Positions 60,340-64,000 of a DNA stretch of 64,000 nt are shown here, piece after piece. Both the position numbers and the translations under genes were made by a program. Origin of the DNA: Squalus acanthias (lineage: Eukaryota); NCBI GenBank assembly GCA_030390025.1, contig CM059432.1:137890001-137954000 (forward strand), read 5' to 3'. The notes under the pieces were generated by a model. That model did not search any database. It was not told the origin of the DNA and was given only the letters and a program-made list of their open reading frames with translations. The stretch's first letter is position 1; every line of letters starts with the position of its first letter.

Positions 60340-60772
60340 GAAAGAAAGAACTTGTATTTCTATCGCACCTTTCATGACCTCAGGACATCCCAAAGTGCTT
60401 TACAGCCAAAGACATACTTTTGAAGTGAAGTCACTGTTGTAATGTAGAGAAACACAGCAACCAATTTGCACACAGCAAACTCCCACAAACAGCAATGTTT
60501 TTTAGTGATGTTAGTTGAGGGATAAACATTGGCCAGGACACCGGGGAGAACTCCCCTGCTCCTCTCCGAAATAGTGCTATAGGATCTTATACGTCCACCT
60601 GAAAGGGGTGATGGGGCCTTGGTTTAACGTCTCATCCAAAAGACAGCACCTCTGACAGTGCAGCACTCCCTCAGTACTGCACTGGAGTGTCAGTTTAGAT
60701 TATGTGCTCAATTCTCTAGTGGGACTTCAACCCACAACCTTCTGTCTCAAGGGGGAGAGTGCTACCCACTGA
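60340..60772 (-). mobile_element. Deu-SINE, near full length
   Basis: Reverse complement of the 2850-3395 type. Confidence 0.85.
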
Positions 60773-60794
60773 CAAATAGAATGATAGCCCTTGC

Positions 60795-60990
60795 CTTTTT
60801 AGCCTGTCCTATCCTTTAGGAATCTCCTGTACCATTTCAACTGAATTTTATAAGCATCATTAAGATCCAAACACTTGTCAGGAATAGTTATAATATCTAA
60901 CTCCTCCAAAGAGTCACATGCCGGCAAATCCACCATTTTATTCCGAACACTTCTAGCATTTGCATAGGAACATTTCAAGTGCCCTGACCG
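60795..60990 (-). mobile_element. CR1 endonuclease N-terminal fragment
   Basis: LKCSYANARSVRNKM..LDIITI. Confidence 0.7.
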
Positions 60991-61704
60991 TGGTTTCCTT
61001 TGCATAAATTGTCTTTGTTTTCTGTAATTAGACAAAATTGTTTTTTTTTAATATTATTGTCAGCTGCACTTTGGTCTCCAATTCTGTAGGAACTTCTAAT
61101 TCCAGTCCAAAAATAGTTGAAGTACCAGCCAATTGCCCTTTCTACATTCAGGAAAACCTCTCAGCCTCCAGCCAATTTAAATTCCATTTCAGGCAGGGTC
61201 TTGGGGAAGCAGTAAAACCCCAATACCCGGCTATTAGCACAGGGACAGGCCTCCCCAAACTAACATTCGCGAGGATATTCAACCTCACGGCAATAAATCG
61301 TGCAGCTAAGTTTATGGATATTATTGTGAACTTTAAAAAAAGAGAAAATCTTTTGCTCATTAGAAATCTTATCATTAGACTGACTCCTGAGGTGATTGAC
61401 AAATAAAGATGGCTGCCAAAAATTATCTTCAAAAAATATTTTACCCTATTTCTTCGATTCCCTTTTTTTTAGATTGTTAGATGTTTGCCGAATGTTCCTT
61501 CTCGATTGGTGGTTTTCTGTTCCCGTTTTCTATTTGTTGATTGATGTTCTGTACCTGTTCCAGTGTGATCTGCCCATGTTTTATGAAAACGGTATTTGAT
61601 CCAATCAGGTACAAGTGTGGCAAACACTTTCAGCTGTGATACTGCAGGTCTGACAGATGTGTATTAGATGCAAGACTTTTATATAATGTGCATATATCTA
61701 TAAT

Positions 61705-62470
61705 GGGGCAGAAATTAGGCTCGCCGCGGGTGAGTACGCACTATGTACTCACCCGTGGACGGAACGAAAGTGCCGGTTTCTTGCATGCACTGCGCATGCG
61801 CGGGAAACCGGCACTTCCGTTCCCCTGAAGGAAGGGGTTCAGAGGTCGAACGCGCACTCCGGAGGGCCAGCGCGTTCGCCTCGCATTTTGTTTTTTTTTA
61901 CAGGTTCCTCCATGAGGGTAAGCACGGAGAAGATACACTTTTAAAAAGGAGGCGCAAGGCCTTCTTTTAACAAGGTAAGTGCTGATTTTATTCAAATTTA
62001 AACATTTTTTTCACAGATTTATCTTTTTTAATTACTTTGAAGAAAGGTAAGTTTAGTTTTAGCCCCCGTTAAAAAGTGTAATTATTTTTTTCAAAAATTA
62101 AAATTTTTGTTTAAAATAGTTAATTAATGTAATTTATAGTTATTTTAAAAATGTGATGTTTTTTTTAAATTTATTTGTAGTTTTAGGGAGGTTTTGGGGC
62201 CGATTTGTATTCATAGATTTGACAGGTCTTCCTGTCAAATCTATGAATGAAAGATGGTCTGCTGCCATTGGCTCTCCATGGCCCACGTGATCCCAGGGGA
62301 CGCATCGCACTAACTACGCCCCTGGGATACACAAGCCCTGCGCGCCGGCAGTTGGAGGAGGCCCAGGACTGGAATCCCCCGCGGGCGCAGAGGTCAACGG
62401 CAGGCGCGGTAGGTAGGTGCGCACGTGATCCTTGCACCCGCGGGAAGCCAGGGAGCCGAATTTCTGGCCC
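61705..62470. mobile_element. Harbinger-type MITE
   Basis: 18-bp TIR GGGGCAGAAATTAGGCTC versus GGGCCAGAAATTCGGCTC (16/18), flanks AAT/ATT. Confidence 0.8.
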
Positions 62471-62639
62471 ATTATATTAATTGTCTTTCCATGATTATCA
62501 TAGAATCTATAATTCTATTTCCAAAATTGTTAACGTTTGTATTTTAAATTTGATCTTGGGACTCGTGTGGAGCATAAACGCCAGCACAGACCAGTTGGGC
62601 CTGAATGGCCTGTTTCTGTGCTGTAAATGTTTATGTGAT

Positions 62640-64000
62640 TTAGTCATCATCTTTCTGCATCGCTACCGACTCTCATTCCGACAGCAACAACCTCCATCCG
62701 CGAACGCGCTACCCTTCAAATAGCTTCTGGACTTCACTCACCTGCTTTGGACAGCGGTTCGTCGATGCTCTGTACCGGCCCCATCCTGCTCACGTCGGCT
62801 CTGTCCTTCCATGGGACCTCTGACTCTGACCCTGGTCTCTCTACTATTGTCTCCAACCTATTCCCTGCTACCAGGAAATATGTATTCCATTCATTATTAT
62901 ATTTAAACAGGCCTACGTAACCTGAGCTTTTCCCGTGCCCATTCGCGTGCGCACTTTGGCCGCCGCTCCGGAACTGAGCTATTCCACTTTTTCCCTCTAT
63001 TTTCCTTTTCTCTCTATCCCTCCCTGACCGCACTCTCCTGTCGTCATGCCTCCTTTCATCTCTCCTCTCTCGGATACACTGCCCTCCCAAATCCCTACCC
63101 CAATCCTTCATTACTCTTCGATCTTCCTACTCTCCTGCCACCGTCCCAGGCTTGACTCCCTCTTAGATAAGCCCACAGCTTCCCTCTGGGCCTCTCTTGG
63201 CATCCTGTGAAGGGACCATCGAGGCACTCGTCGCTGCCGCCTTACGAGCAGCAACCCCAACTGTCCCATCCTACTCTCTCGCCGAACTTCCCGCCTAGCG
63301 TGCCCACTGGGGGCAAATCATGCCCATCTCCTCCCCATCCAACTTACCGCTCCCAGCGCTGACCCTGTGGATGCTGGCAGTAGGGTCAGCCATCACCGAC
63401 CCTCTCCTCCAGAATGTCCGTTCACTTGCGAACAAGGCCCTTGCCATCCATGAGCTTATCGTAGATGACTGCATCGATATCATAGCCCTGACGGAAACTT
63501 GGTTGAGGGGCGATGACACCTTACCCTTTAAATGAAGCCTCCCCACCTGGCTATACCTTCCACTACTTGCCCCGCTCAGACCACCATAGTGCCGGTGTGG
63601 CTCTCATCACCAAATCACACCTTGGTCTGTCCCCCTATTCCTCCGGCAGTTTCTCCTCCTTTGAGCATCTCACCTTATTCCACCCCTCTCACCTCTCATT
63701 TAAAATTCTTGTTCTCTACCACCCACCCAAGTACCATAAAAATTTTATTACCGAGATATCTTCACTGTTCTCCTCCCTCAGCCTCTGCACCGAGCGACTT
63801 CTCATCCTCGATGATTTCAACCTCCATCTCAATTCATCATGCTCTCTCTCCTCTGAGTTCACCAGCCTCCTATCCTCCCTTAATCTTTCCCTCCATGTAA
63901 ACTCCCCAACCCATATTCACGGCCATCCCCTCGACCTTGCCATCTCTCGTGGCCTCGCTACTCCCATCGTGTCAATCACAGATAAGGCCATCTCTGACCA
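62640..64000 (+). mobile_element. L2 LINE 5' region and EN domain, running off the window
   Basis: NVRSLANK, IIALTETWL, DFN and SDH motifs; homologous to 5030-5920; 5' boundary approximate. Confidence 0.88.

Noticed and set aside
61038..61432. 122-aa and 94-aa overlapping ORFs
   Set aside because: No motifs; length compatible with chance
62640..63100. HDV-like ribozyme or ORF1 at the L2 5' end
   Set aside because: I could not build the nested double pseudoknot or find an ORF1 motif by eye

Overview
Eukaryotic, repeat-dense window with no host protein-coding exon I can support. The repeat complement (Deu-domain SacSINE1-like SINEs, HE1-like V-SINEs, CR1/L2/RTE LINEs) points to a cartilaginous fish (shark or ray); this is inference. 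Most of the window is nested mobile DNA: four co-oriented PIF/Harbinger elements (transposase on +, Myb/SANT-like gene on -; three have all 3 exons, one only an exon-1 remnant; all defective), several Harbinger and hAT MITEs, three solo LTRs with TSDs, many LINE fragments, a ~2 kb 7-mer G-rich minisatellite and a local duplication. Best leads: (i) a 269-nt circularly permuted Penelope-like insertion carrying a minimal hammerhead ribozyme (retrozyme-like); (ii) an RTE insertion with a 174-bp target duplication; (iii) a LINE whose 5' end is a tRNA-like Pol III promoter with no room for ORF1; (iv) Harbinger Myb proteins with coiled-coil, AT-hook and basic tail, and two different subterminal motif sets. 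Coordinates were read by eye. Ends defined by TIR/TSD should be accurate to a few bases; the others are approximate.
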